From an uncultured Actinomycetes bacterium (lineage in GTDB: Bacteria; Actinomycetota; UBA4738; HRBIN12), in assembly GCA_963704725.1 (NCBI GenBank), contig OY969934.1, positions 3,168,001 through 3,232,000 on the forward strand: a DNA stretch of 64,000 bases, given 5' to 3'. This document shows, piece after piece, positions 1 through 8,854 of the stretch. The position numbers were made by a program, and so were the translations under genes. Below the pieces are notes generated by a model, which was not told where the DNA came from, made no database searches, and was given only the letters and a program-made list of their open reading frames with translations. Positions within the stretch are counted from its first letter, which is position 1. The number at the start of each line of letters is the position of its first letter.

Positions 1-224
1 CCGGCCCGCTGCGCGGCAAGCCGGCGCTCCGGGCGCGTCTGCGGGAGGCCGGCGACTACCTCGACACGATGCGGCGGCTCGTCCCGGTCAACGCCACCGC
101 CCCGTTCGACCGGTGGGACGGCGAACGCGACGACGCGGGCCTCGAGGAGCTCGCGGCCGAGCTGGGCGTCCGCGGCCCGGTCATGCGGCTCCGGGCCGCG
201 CTCGATTCGGTCGGCGGCGTCTGA
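1..224 (+). CDS. 3' end of a probable 5'-3' exonuclease / flap endonuclease (FenA-like), truncated by the window edge
   Basis: Frame 3 reads GPLRGKPALRARLREAGDYLDTMRRLVPVNA...LEELAAELGVRGPVMRLRAALDSVGGV* (TGA 222-224) with GC-rich third positions. It resembles the C-terminus of actinobacterial stand-alone 5'-3' exonucleases (recognised from memory). Confidence 0.55.
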   Translation, partial: GPLRGKPALRARLREAGDYLDTMRRLVPVNATAPFDRWDGERDDAGLEELAAELGVRGPVMRLRAALDSVGGV

Positions 225-238
225 CCTATCGTGTGCGG

Positions 239-1591
239 ATGGCTGCGCGGAAAGAGGTCCTGGAGGTCGCCGGTCGCGAGGTGACCGTCAGCAACCCGGA
301 CAAGGTGTTCTTCCCGCGCACCGGACACACCAAGCTCGACCTCGTCCGCTACTACCTCGCGGTCGCCGACGGCGCGCTGCGCGGGGTGTCCGGCCGCCCC
401 ATGGCGCTGAAGCGATTCGTGAACGGCGCCGAGGGAGACTTCTTCTTCCAGAAGCGCGCCCCGACCTCGCATCCGGACTGGGTGGAGACGGTCGAGCTGA
501 AGTTCCCCTCGGGGCGGACGGCGCACGAGATCGTGGTCCGCGACGCCGCGCAGCTCGTGTGGATCCTCAACCTCGGCTGCATCGACCTGAACCCCCATCC
601 CCTCCGGGCCGAGGACCTCGACCACCCCGACGAGCTCCGCGTCGACCTCGACCCCGTGCCGGGCGTCGAGTGGCCGCAGATCCGCGACGTCGCGCTCGCC
701 ACCCGTGAGGCGCTGGAAGACCTCGGGCTGGTGGGCTGGCCGAAGACCTCGGGCTCGCGCGGCATCCACGTGTACGCGCGGATCGAGTCGCGGTGGACGT
801 TCCCGGAGGTGCGCCGCGCCGCGCTCACGCTGGCGCGCGAGGTGGAGCGGCGCGTTCCGGACCTCGCCACGAGCCGGTGGTGGAAGGAGGAGCGCCACGG
901 CGTGTTCCTCGACTACAACCAGAACGCGAAGGACCGAACCGTCGCCTCCGCGTACTCGGTGCGTCCGACGCCGGACGCGCGCGTCTCGGCGCCGCTCACG
1001 TGGGACGAGGTGCCGGACTGCGAACCGGACGCCTTCACGCTCGACACGGTGCCGGAGCGCTTCGCGCGCATCGGCGATCCGAGCGAGGGCATCGACGAGG
1101 CGGCAGGGTCGCTCGAGCCGCTCCTCGAGCTGTCCGCGCAGCACGAGGAGGCCGGCTTCGGCGACGCGCCGTGGCCACCTCAATACGCGAAGCAACCCGG
1201 CGAGCCGACCCGCGTCCAGCCCTCGAAGCGCCGGACGGGCGAGGCGCCCAAGACGGGGATCGTCCCGCCGCCGGCGCCGGGCAAGCGCGCCGGCCCCACC
1301 GGGCGCCGCCGCTCGACGATGCCGCTGATCGAGATCGCCCGCGCCGCCACGACCGAGGAGGCCATGGCCGGGCTCGACCGGTGGAAGGCCCGTCACCCGA
1401 AGGTCTGGCCTCACCTCGAGCCTCCCGACGTGCTCGTCGACGCCATGCGCGGGCGGTTCACGACGTGGACGCGGATCCGCCTCAACCTCGTCCACGTGCC
1501 GGAGGCGGAGCGCCCCGCGCAGGAGCCGCTCGAGGTCGACTTCGATCCGTGGGCGGGGTTCGAGGGCCCCTGGTCGCCTACCGAACCGTGA
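239..1591 (+). CDS. Stand-alone LigD-type polymerase domain (AEP primase-polymerase, PolD2/Prim-Pol family)
   Basis: Motifs SNPDKVFFP, TKLDLVRYY, FFQKRAP, PDELRVDLDP, KTSGSRGIH, FLDYNQNAKDRTVASAYSVR. ATG 239 lies 6 nt after TATCGT. Confidence 0.9.
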   Translation: MAARKEVLEVAGREVTVSNPDKVFFPRTGHTKLDLVRYYLAVADGALRGVSGRPMALKRFVNGAEGDFFFQKRAPTSHPDWVETVELKFPSGRTAHEIVVRDAAQLVWILNLGCIDLNPHPLRAEDLDHPDELRVDLDPVPGVEWPQIRDVALATREALEDLGLVGWPKTSGSRGIHVYARIESRWTFPEVRRAALTLAREVERRVPDLATSRWWKEERHGVFLDYNQNAKDRTVASAYSVRPTPDARVSAPLTWDEVPDCEPDAFTLDTVPERFARIGDPSEGIDEAAGSLEPLLELSAQHEEAGFGDAPWPPQYAKQPGEPTRVQPSKRRTGEAPKTGIVPPPAPGKRAGPTGRRRSTMPLIEIARAATTEEAMAGLDRWKARHPKVWPHLEPPDVLVDAMRGRFTTWTRIRLNLVHVPEAERPAQEPLEVDFDPWAGFEGPWSPTEP

Positions 1592-3077
1592 ACACGACCG
1601 CGCCGATCTTGACGTAGCTGTCGTCCCGGAGCAGGTACACGGCGTACCGCCCCGGTCGGAGCGGCCACGAGCCGCTCGCGTCCCGGTCCAGGACGAGCGA
1701 GCCGCTCACCGTCGCGCCCGTGTACGCCCACAGCAGGTAGGAGGCGACGTTCGGGTCGGCTCCACGGCGATACACGCCGATCCAGTCGAACCGGTTCCCC
1801 GGCGCGTCGGACCAACCGACGCGGATCGGCGCTCCCGGCGGGTAGACGCGGCGATCGGTCCCGAGCACCGGCCGACTGCCGGGGCCCTCGAGCCAGAACG
1901 CGCTCCGCGACAGCTCCTCGCCCGAGGAGGCGAGGAGGACGACCTCGTACGGGCCCGGGTCCCAGCCGGTCGTCGACGGCGTCGCCTCGCTGCCCGGACC
2001 GGCCGGGATGCGGACCAGCGCCGACGTCCGGGCCGAGCCGCCCAGGCCGGGGACGACCGCGAGCGAGGCGTCCGCAGGTGCATGGAAGCGGATGGGGAGC
2101 TCGTCCCCAACGGCCACCAGGCGGCGGTCGACCGACACGATCGTCGGCTCGGGCGCCGGGCGGATCTGGAACGTGGAGACCGTGGCGCGGTGATCGGTGG
2201 GCCACGGCTCGACCGGCACGTCCACGCCGGCTCCGCCGGTCTCCCCCACGATGACGCTGTCGGTCACCTCTGCCGGCCCTCCGGCGTAGACGAAGTCGAT
2301 CCGGTCGGCCGGCGCCCCGCGCGAGGCGGGGTTGTACCCCGGGACGAACGGTCGGTCCGCCGGCCACGTCACGCCGGGATCGGTCACCGGATCGGGGTGC
2401 GCCGCCCGGAACGAGTCCACGAGCCCGGCCCCCTCGACGGCCATGCTCACCGGCCACGACACCGGGAAGCGAACCTGGTCGCGCGCGCCGACGGTCTCCG
2501 AGGTCCAGTCCAGATGCGATGGCGCGTTGAAGTCGCCGGTCAGGAACACCGGTACACCCTGCGCCGCAAGCCGTTCGAGCGCACCGAGCACCGGCTCGAT
2601 CACCGGCAGGCGTTTGCGCCGCTCGATCGCCACGACCTCCGCGGCGCTCGCGCCGTCGCGAACCTGGAACGGGCCGTAGCTCGTCGACGGGAGGTGGACG
2701 TTGGCGATCGCGACGACCCGGCCGGGTGCGACCTCGACGTACACGAACGGCGGGTCGTGCGGCGGCGTGAGCAGGGGATAGCGAGACAGGATCTGCGTGC
2801 GCGGGTCGTAGTACGGCCACCCCACCGCGCGCGCGATCCGCGGCATGTTGCCGTACCCCTCCTCGATCGCGACGAGGTCGGCCCCGCCCGCCTCGATCGC
2901 CTTCGGCACGCCGGAGAAGTCGACCTCCTCGCCGCCGTACTCGACGTTGAACTCCATCACCGCGAGCGTGACGGGGCGCGGCGTCGCCGACGGGGCGGGG
3001 TTCGGCCCGCGATCCGGCGTGCAGGCGAACAGGAGCAGCAACGCCGCGACGGCGCACGCCCGCGCGCCGAACCTCAC
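1578..3077 (-). CDS. Endonuclease/exonuclease/phosphatase (EEP) family lipoprotein with C-terminal Ig-like domains
   Basis: Signal peptide and lipobox LLLLFAC. EEP motifs FNVEYG, DLVAIEE, GDFNAPSH, DSFR, RIDFVY, TDHRA. GTG 3077 overlaps the upstream stop (GTGA). Confidence 0.8.
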   Translation of the reverse strand: MRFGARACAVAALLLLFACTPDRGPNPAPSATPRPVTLAVMEFNVEYGGEEVDFSGVPKAIEAGGADLVAIEEGYGNMPRIARAVGWPYYDPRTQILSRYPLLTPPHDPPFVYVEVAPGRVVAIANVHLPSTSYGPFQVRDGASAAEVVAIERRKRLPVIEPVLGALERLAAQGVPVFLTGDFNAPSHLDWTSETVGARDQVRFPVSWPVSMAVEGAGLVDSFRAAHPDPVTDPGVTWPADRPFVPGYNPASRGAPADRIDFVYAGGPAEVTDSVIVGETGGAGVDVPVEPWPTDHRATVSTFQIRPAPEPTIVSVDRRLVAVGDELPIRFHAPADASLAVVPGLGGSARTSALVRIPAGPGSEATPSTTGWDPGPYEVVLLASSGEELSRSAFWLEGPGSRPVLGTDRRVYPPGAPIRVGWSDAPGNRFDWIGVYRRGADPNVASYLLWAYTGATVSGSLVLDRDASGSWPLRPGRYAVYLLRDDSYVKIGAVVFTVR

Positions 3078-4231
3078 CCGAGGAGCTCGCGTCCCATCGC
3101 CAGCCGGTACTCCTCGTTGAACCAGTAGAGGAACCGGTCCTGCCGCGGGTAGACGCCGGTCGAGAAGGCGCGGGAGCCGACGCCCGTCTGCGCCCGCGCG
3201 CACACCGCCCAGTCCTGTTCGGAGATGAGGTCCCACAGCTCGACGACCGGCTCGGGCTTGAAGACCTCCGGGTCCGCGATCACCTCGGGGCGGAACAGGT
3301 ACTCGGACACGACCTGCGTGTGGCCGGGGCCCTTCGGGAACGCCAGGTAGTACATGACGCAGTCCGGGTGGCAGTTCAGCATGAGGTTGGGGAACTCGTA
3401 CGAGCCGTAGTACATCGAGAGATCCTCGGGCCCGATGCCGGGCAGCTTCGGCAGCTCGGATCGTCCGGTCATCGTGAAGCTCGTGGCCCCCTCCACCATG
3501 CGGTTGCCGTCGTCGCGCAGCTCCTCGTCCCACACCTCGCCGAAGCGGAACAGCGGCACGACCTGGACGAGCTCGGGGTGGATCGTCGGGCAGTGCAGGC
3601 ACTCGTTGTAGTTCTCGACGACGATCTTCCAGTTGGCCTCGACCTCGTACACGATCCGCACGCCGATGCGGAGCTCCTGCATCCCGAAGCGCTCGAACGA
3701 CGTGATCGACTCGGCCCCGTCGGTCAGGGCCTCCATCAGCGGGCGGGGCTGCGGCGAGAGGTTCGCGAACACGAAGCCCGCGTACTCGCCGACGGCGAAC
3801 CCGTGCAGCGGGTAGCTGCCGCGGTCGAAGAACTCGTCCTCCTTGACGTTCGGCGTGCCGATGAGCCGGCCGTTCAGGTCGTACGTCCACGCGTGGTACG
3901 GGCACCGGAACGCCTTGCGAGCGTTGCCGCAGGCGCCGTCGTCGAGGAACTTCGTCCCCCGGTGCGAGCAGACGTTGTAGAAGCCGTGGAGCTCGCCCTG
4001 CGCGTTGCGGACGAGGAACACGGACTCGCCGGCCAGGTCCTTCACCGCGAAGTCGCCCGGGTTCGCCACCTCCTCGGACCGGCCGATCGCCACCCAGTCG
4101 CCCCACCAGATGCGCTCGCGCTCGGCGTCGTACGTCTCCCACGATGTGTACTCGTGCCCGCCGAGGGTGGGCCGGGGGCGCCAGTCGCGCTCGTCGTACC
4201 GGAGGTGGGGGCGTTCGCGCTCGGTCTGCAT
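3074..4231 (-). CDS. Rieske non-heme iron oxygenase alpha subunit (GbcA/choline-monooxygenase-like group)
   Basis: Rieske motif CSHRG...CPYHAWTY, mononuclear iron motif NWKIVVENYNECLHCPTIH, and EQDW. AAGGAG RBS before ATG 4231. Confidence 0.9.
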   Translation of the reverse strand: MQTERERPHLRYDERDWRPRPTLGGHEYTSWETYDAERERIWWGDWVAIGRSEEVANPGDFAVKDLAGESVFLVRNAQGELHGFYNVCSHRGTKFLDDGACGNARKAFRCPYHAWTYDLNGRLIGTPNVKEDEFFDRGSYPLHGFAVGEYAGFVFANLSPQPRPLMEALTDGAESITSFERFGMQELRIGVRIVYEVEANWKIVVENYNECLHCPTIHPELVQVVPLFRFGEVWDEELRDDGNRMVEGATSFTMTGRSELPKLPGIGPEDLSMYYGSYEFPNLMLNCHPDCVMYYLAFPKGPGHTQVVSEYLFRPEVIADPEVFKPEPVVELWDLISEQDWAVCARAQTGVGSRAFSTGVYPRQDRFLYWFNEEYRLAMGRELLG

Positions 4232-4241
4232 CGGCGGCTCC

Positions 4242-4257
4242 TTGAACGGCCGTTCAA
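4242..4257. promoter_or_regulatory. Perfect 16-bp palindrome TTGAACGGCCGTTCAA, putative TetR/BetI-type operator
   Basis: Lies between a minus-strand -10-like TATCCT (4268-4273) and the RBS of the Rieske gene. A near-identical copy is at 63801. Confidence 0.7.
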
Positions 4258-4311
4258 TAGGAGCCACAGGATACGCCGCACGGGGGCATCGAGGGAAGTC
4301 GGGCGGGTCCG

Positions 4312-5739
4312 TCAGAAGTTCAGGAGCCGGCTCCGCTGGATCGTCTGGATCGCGATCTGGTGGAACACGTCTTCGAGGTCCTCGCCCCTGCCCTCGCAGA
4401 AGTAGTAGTCGAGGTCGGTGTTCTCGGTCGCCACGCACCCACCACTCGTCGAGCTGTCGGTGAATCCCTGGTCGGGGGCGGTACCGGAGACCGAGGCGAG
4501 GAAGTACGTGCCGTACCGGTTGTGGAAGGGGCCGTTGCTGTCGCTCACGCACCTCGTACCGTCCACACCGTAGCCGAGCGAGTAGATCTCGGTCCCGGCC
4601 AGCTTGGCGGTCGAGGCGACGTCGTTCGCGTACTGGCAGGGGTGCAGGGTGCTCGTGGGCTGGTTGGCCTGCCCGTCGGCGAAGAAGATGATCACGTTCT
4701 CGGCATCGGGTCGTCCCCCGGTGGTCAGCAGGTACTGGGCGGCGGCGAGCGGATCGCCGTGGTTCGTGTGATTGCCGCTGCCGCCGGAGGGCGGATACGA
4801 CTTCACGGTCCCATCGGCGTGCTGCAGGCACTGGATCCGCTGAACGAGCGTGCTGGTCGTGTTGATCGGGGCGGTGGCGCTGAGCCGGTAGTCGTTCGAC
4901 AAGGGGACGATCTGCCACTTGGCCTGATTGGCCAGCGTGCCGCCAGGCATCGGCGGGACCGGCGCCGGATAGTACTGATGTGTGTCCACGGCGCAGGGAT
5001 TGGAGTTCCGGTACGGGAGGGCGACGAGCCCGATGGACACGGTGGCGGGGTCGTAGAACTCCAGGACCGAGTCCGTCGCGGCGCTGGTGTCGACGATCGC
5101 GTCCCTGACGTTGTCGATGTCGGTGTTCGACATGCTGCCCGTCCGGTCGATCACAAAGACGATGTCGAGCATCGAACCGGCCTGCCCGCAGTACCCACGG
5201 CAGGCGGCGGCCTGGATCGCGCCGGTGTTGCCCGAGTTGATGCCCAGGATCGGCGCGAACCAGTACTCGACCGTGCTGGACGCGGACAGGATTATCGTGT
5301 TGCACAGGTCGCCGACCTCCGGGTGGCACTCGTGCAGGGCCTTGCCTGCCCGCACGGTCCAGCCGCCCCTCCACGTCCCGGCCGCCGGGCCGCAGGCGAA
5401 GTTCAGCCCGAAGTCGTCGCTCACCGGGGTCGAGACCACGCAGCCGTAGCTGATCGTCAGCCCGCCCGCCCCCAGCTCGGGAGAGTTCTGCACGGCGACG
5501 GCTCGCGCGGCGTCCGACGTGGTGAGCCTCTCGGCGGCGGTGTCGATGGGCAGGAAGGCGGCTCCGGCGAGGGAGCCGAGGTCCACGGCCGCCTGCACCA
5601 TGTGCCGCTCGTGCCGCAGCCGGGCAAGGTCGAACACGAACGCGGCAGAGCCCATCATGACGATCATCAGGAGCGCCACCATGACGGCGACGACGCCCCG
5701 TTCGTCGTCGAATCGGCCGCGAGCGCGACGCGCGCTCAT
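4312..5739 (-). CDS. TadG-like pseudopilin with vWA domain
   Basis: Prepilin-type start DERGVVAVMVALL...FVFDLAR...QAAVDLGSLAGA and vWA MIDAS motif DIVFVIDRTGSM...FFADGQAN. ATG 5739 overlaps the TadE stop. Confidence 0.8.
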   Translation of the reverse strand: MSARRARGRFDDERGVVAVMVALLMIVMMGSAAFVFDLARLRHERHMVQAAVDLGSLAGAAFLPIDTAAERLTTSDAARAVAVQNSPELGAGGLTISYGCVVSTPVSDDFGLNFACGPAAGTWRGGWTVRAGKALHECHPEVGDLCNTIILSASSTVEYWFAPILGINSGNTGAIQAAACRGYCGQAGSMLDIVFVIDRTGSMSNTDIDNVRDAIVDTSAATDSVLEFYDPATVSIGLVALPYRNSNPCAVDTHQYYPAPVPPMPGGTLANQAKWQIVPLSNDYRLSATAPINTTSTLVQRIQCLQHADGTVKSYPPSGGSGNHTNHGDPLAAAQYLLTTGGRPDAENVIIFFADGQANQPTSTLHPCQYANDVASTAKLAGTEIYSLGYGVDGTRCVSDSNGPFHNRYGTYFLASVSGTAPDQGFTDSSTSGGCVATENTDLDYYFCEGRGEDLEDVFHQIAIQTIQRSRLLNF

Positions 5740-6197
5740 ACTCCCTCGAACCTCGCTTCGGAGATCGACCGCATGTCCATCTGCGAGCCGAACCCGACGA
5801 GGTTCGGCAGCGGCGTGATGAAGTCGTAGCTGTATTGGACGGTGACCCGGACGATGTCCCCCTCGAGCCAGTCCGCCGAGTTCGTCGAACACGTGGCGAA
5901 GGTCACCGACGGCGGCCGGCGGCACTGGACCGTGACGTCGAGATCCGCCTGGTTGAGGAAGTCCGTCGTCCCGCGCACGCGGTCGGTGATGTCCACCGGG
6001 CTGGCGTCCACGGCGCCGAGACGCGCGCCCTCACGGGCGGCGTTCTGCGTTGCGTCCCAGGCGTGGAAGGCGAATCCGAACTCGATGATCCCGAGGACGA
6101 GCAGGATGAGCATGGGGGCGATAAGGGCGAACTCGACGGCGATCGCACCGCGCTCGCCGCGCTTTCGCGCGTGCCGGAAGCGACCCCTTCGTTGCAT
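5736..6197 (-). CDS. TadE family pseudopilin
   Basis: GERGAIAVEFALIAPMLILLVLGIIEFG...NAAREGARLG signature. GAGGAG RBS before ATG 6197. Confidence 0.9.
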   Translation of the reverse strand: MQRRGRFRHARKRGERGAIAVEFALIAPMLILLVLGIIEFGFAFHAWDATQNAAREGARLGAVDASPVDITDRVRGTTDFLNQADLDVTVQCRRPPSVTFATCSTNSADWLEGDIVRVTVQYSYDFITPLPNLVGFGSQMDMRSISEARFEGV

Positions 6198-6397
6198 CGT
6201 CTCCTCGCTTGCGTCGCTGCTGTCCACGGCGCTCTCCCTCCGGCAGCAGGCTACGAAGAAGTGACCGCCGGGGCCATAGCCCGTCCGGCGATTTCGAGCG
6301 GAGGGCTGGTCTAATCCGAAGGGCGTACGTAATCGAGTACGTATCCCGCCCGCTCGAGGGGAGGCTGGACGCTTCCTCGCCCGCATAGGATGCGCGC

Positions 6398-7348
6398 GTG
6401 GAGCGGCGGAGGCTCGGTGCCAACGGCCCGGAGGTCGGCGTGATCGGCCTCGGCTGCATGCCGATGGACTGGGGCTACTTCGGCGGCGGGTCGAAGGAGG
6501 AGTCGATCCGCGTGCTCCACCGCGCCGTCGAGCTCGGCGTGACGCACTTCGACACCGCGGACGTCTACGGCCCGTTCACGAACGAGACGACCGTGGGCGA
6601 GGGCCTCCAACCCCATCGCGATGCCGTCGTCATCGCCACGAAGGTGGGCATGCGGGTCGGGCCGAACGGCGGCTACCCCCTGATCCACGACGCCCGCCCC
6701 GAGCGCATCGTGGCGGAGGTCGAGGGCTCGCTCCGCCGGCTGCGCACCGACGTGATCGACCTGCACTACCTCCATCGGATCGACGACGCGGTGCCGTTCG
6801 AGGATCAGTGGGGGGCGATGGCCTCGCTCGTCGACGCCGGGAAGGTCCGCCTGCTCGGCCTGTCGGAGGCGAGCGTGCCCGAGCTCGAGACGGCGATGGG
6901 GATCCACCCCGTGGCCGCGCTGCAATCGGAGCTCTCGCTGTGGACGCGGGACCCGATCGGCGGCGTCCTCGAGTGGTGCGCCGCGCACGGCGTGGCCTTC
7001 GTGCCGTTCTCGCCGCTCGGACGGGGGTACCTCACCGGCGCCGTCACGACCGCGTCCTTCGAGGGGCTCGACTTCCGCCGCACGAGCCCGCGCTTCACAC
7101 AGGCGGCGATCGACGCGAACCGCCGGATCGTCGAGGCGGTGCGCCGCGTGGGCGAACGCCACGGCGGGACCGCGGCCCAGGTCGCGATCGCGTGGTGCCT
7201 CGCCCAGGGCGACCACGTCCTGCCGATCCCGGGCACCAAGCGTCTGCGGTACCTGGAGGAGAACGTCGCCGCGGCGTCGCTCGCGCTGTCGACCGAGGAT
7301 CTCGCCGAGCTCGACCGCCTCCCCGAGGCCGTCGGCCCTCGGTACTGA
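6398..7348 (+). CDS. Aldo/keto reductase
   Basis: IGLGCM, FDTADVYG, IATKVG, SLRRLRTDVIDLHYLHR, LQSELSLWTR, PIPGTK. Confidence 0.92.
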   Translation: MERRRLGANGPEVGVIGLGCMPMDWGYFGGGSKEESIRVLHRAVELGVTHFDTADVYGPFTNETTVGEGLQPHRDAVVIATKVGMRVGPNGGYPLIHDARPERIVAEVEGSLRRLRTDVIDLHYLHRIDDAVPFEDQWGAMASLVDAGKVRLLGLSEASVPELETAMGIHPVAALQSELSLWTRDPIGGVLEWCAAHGVAFVPFSPLGRGYLTGAVTTASFEGLDFRRTSPRFTQAAIDANRRIVEAVRRVGERHGGTAAQVAIAWCLAQGDHVLPIPGTKRLRYLEENVAAASLALSTEDLAELDRLPEAVGPRY

Positions 7349-7426
7349 CCGACCAGGTCGACGACCACGCATCGTGCACAGCGGATCCTCCCGGTAGGCT
7401 CGGACCTGCCCGCGACCCTTCCGATC

Positions 7427-8845
7427 ATGCGATCACGCACAATCCTCGCGACCGTCGTCGTGTCCGCCGTGCTCCTCGCCGGCTGCACGGGCGACGCCGG
7501 TGAGTCGCCCTCGCCCTCCGCCGCCCCCGGCAGCCGGCCGCCGGCCACCTCCTCCCCCACCGCGAGTACCAAGACGTTCACGCTCCAGGTCGACCTCCGC
7601 GACGTCCGCGCCCAGGGCGTCGACGAGCGGCTCCGTGCGAGGGATCTGCGCGGTCCGGCCCGAGCGATCAAGCAGACGATGACGGAGCTGTACCGGATCG
7701 CGTTCGTCGACCCCGCCGAATGGGACGGCGGGCGCTTCCCGGGCCTGTTCCCGCTGTTCGCCGGCGACGCTCGCGCGGAGGCGGAGGGCGACCTGCAGCG
7801 GCTGACGCTGGGGCGGCAGGCCGGGCAGCTCGACGCAGTCCGGCCCCGCGTGGCCCGGCTCGACATGCGGTTCCTCGCGGATGCGCGGGACCGTCCCGAG
7901 CTGGCCGTCGCCGACATGCGATTCGAGGGCGTGGGCCTGGAGGGCGACCTCGAACGCCCCATCCGTCAGGACGCCGAGTACACCCTGCGCAAGGTGAACG
8001 GCACCTGGCGCATCGTCGGCTACGACGTCCACAGCCGGACGATCGCCGGGCCCACGAAGGCGGGCTTCGTGCCGGGGTTCCCGTCGCGCCGCACGACGTT
8101 CTTCCTCGTGATCGGCAGCGACGCCCGCCCCGGCCAATCGGTGACCCACACCCGCGCCGACTCCCTCCACATCGTCGGGGTGAACCCGCGGAAGGGGCGG
8201 GCGTCGGTGCTCGGCATCCCCCGCGACTCGTGGGTGCCGATCCCGGGATGGGGCACCGACAAGATCAACGCCTCGCTCGCCGTCGGGGGACCCGACCTCG
8301 TCGTGCAGACGGTGGAGCGGCTCTCGGGCATCCCCATCGACGGCTACGTCCTGACCGGCTTCCAGGGCTTCGAGCGCACGATCGCGGAGGTCGGCGGGAT
8401 CGACATCACGATCCCGTTCCCGATCTTCGACCGGTACGCGCACGCCCGGTTCCAGAAGGGGCGGGAGCACCTGTCCGCCCACGAGGCGCTCGCGTTCTCG
8501 CGCGCCCGCCACGCCCTGCCGAACGGCGACTTCGGCCGGTCCCTGAACCAGGGCCGGCTGCTGATCGCGGCCCTGTCGACCTTCCGCAAGGCCATCGGAG
8601 CTCACGGCAACGCGGCCCTGTTCGCATGGGCCATCGCGGCCGCGCGGCAGCTCCGCACCGATCTGTCGCCCACCGACGTCGTCGACCTGCTGCTCGCCGC
8701 GCCGGCGTTCGACCCGTCGCGCATCCGCAACGAGGTCGCGCAGGGTCGCGTCGGCAGCGCCGGCGGCAGGAGCGTCGTCTTCCTGACCGGCGGCGCGTAC
8801 GCGCAGTTCCGGGACCTGGCCCGTGACGGCCTGCTCGGCGGCTGA
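7427..8845 (+). CDS. LytR-CpsA-Psr (LCP) family protein with N-terminal lipoprotein segment
   Basis: Lipobox LLAGC. LCP motifs LVIGSDAR, RADSL, IPRDSWV, KINA, ALAFSRARH, DFGRSLNQ. Confidence 0.85.
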   Translation: MRSRTILATVVVSAVLLAGCTGDAGESPSPSAAPGSRPPATSSPTASTKTFTLQVDLRDVRAQGVDERLRARDLRGPARAIKQTMTELYRIAFVDPAEWDGGRFPGLFPLFAGDARAEAEGDLQRLTLGRQAGQLDAVRPRVARLDMRFLADARDRPELAVADMRFEGVGLEGDLERPIRQDAEYTLRKVNGTWRIVGYDVHSRTIAGPTKAGFVPGFPSRRTTFFLVIGSDARPGQSVTHTRADSLHIVGVNPRKGRASVLGIPRDSWVPIPGWGTDKINASLAVGGPDLVVQTVERLSGIPIDGYVLTGFQGFERTIAEVGGIDITIPFPIFDRYAHARFQKGREHLSAHEALAFSRARHALPNGDFGRSLNQGRLLIAALSTFRKAIGAHGNAALFAWAIAAARQLRTDLSPTDVVDLLLAAPAFDPSRIRNEVAQGRVGSAGGRSVVFLTGGAYAQFRDLARDGLLGG

Positions 8846-8854
8846 GCCCCGGAC

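Noticed and set aside
239-1591. Full NHEJ LigD, or a mobile-element primase-polymerase
   Set aside because: No ligase or phosphoesterase domain, no Ku, no integrase or helicase neighbours.
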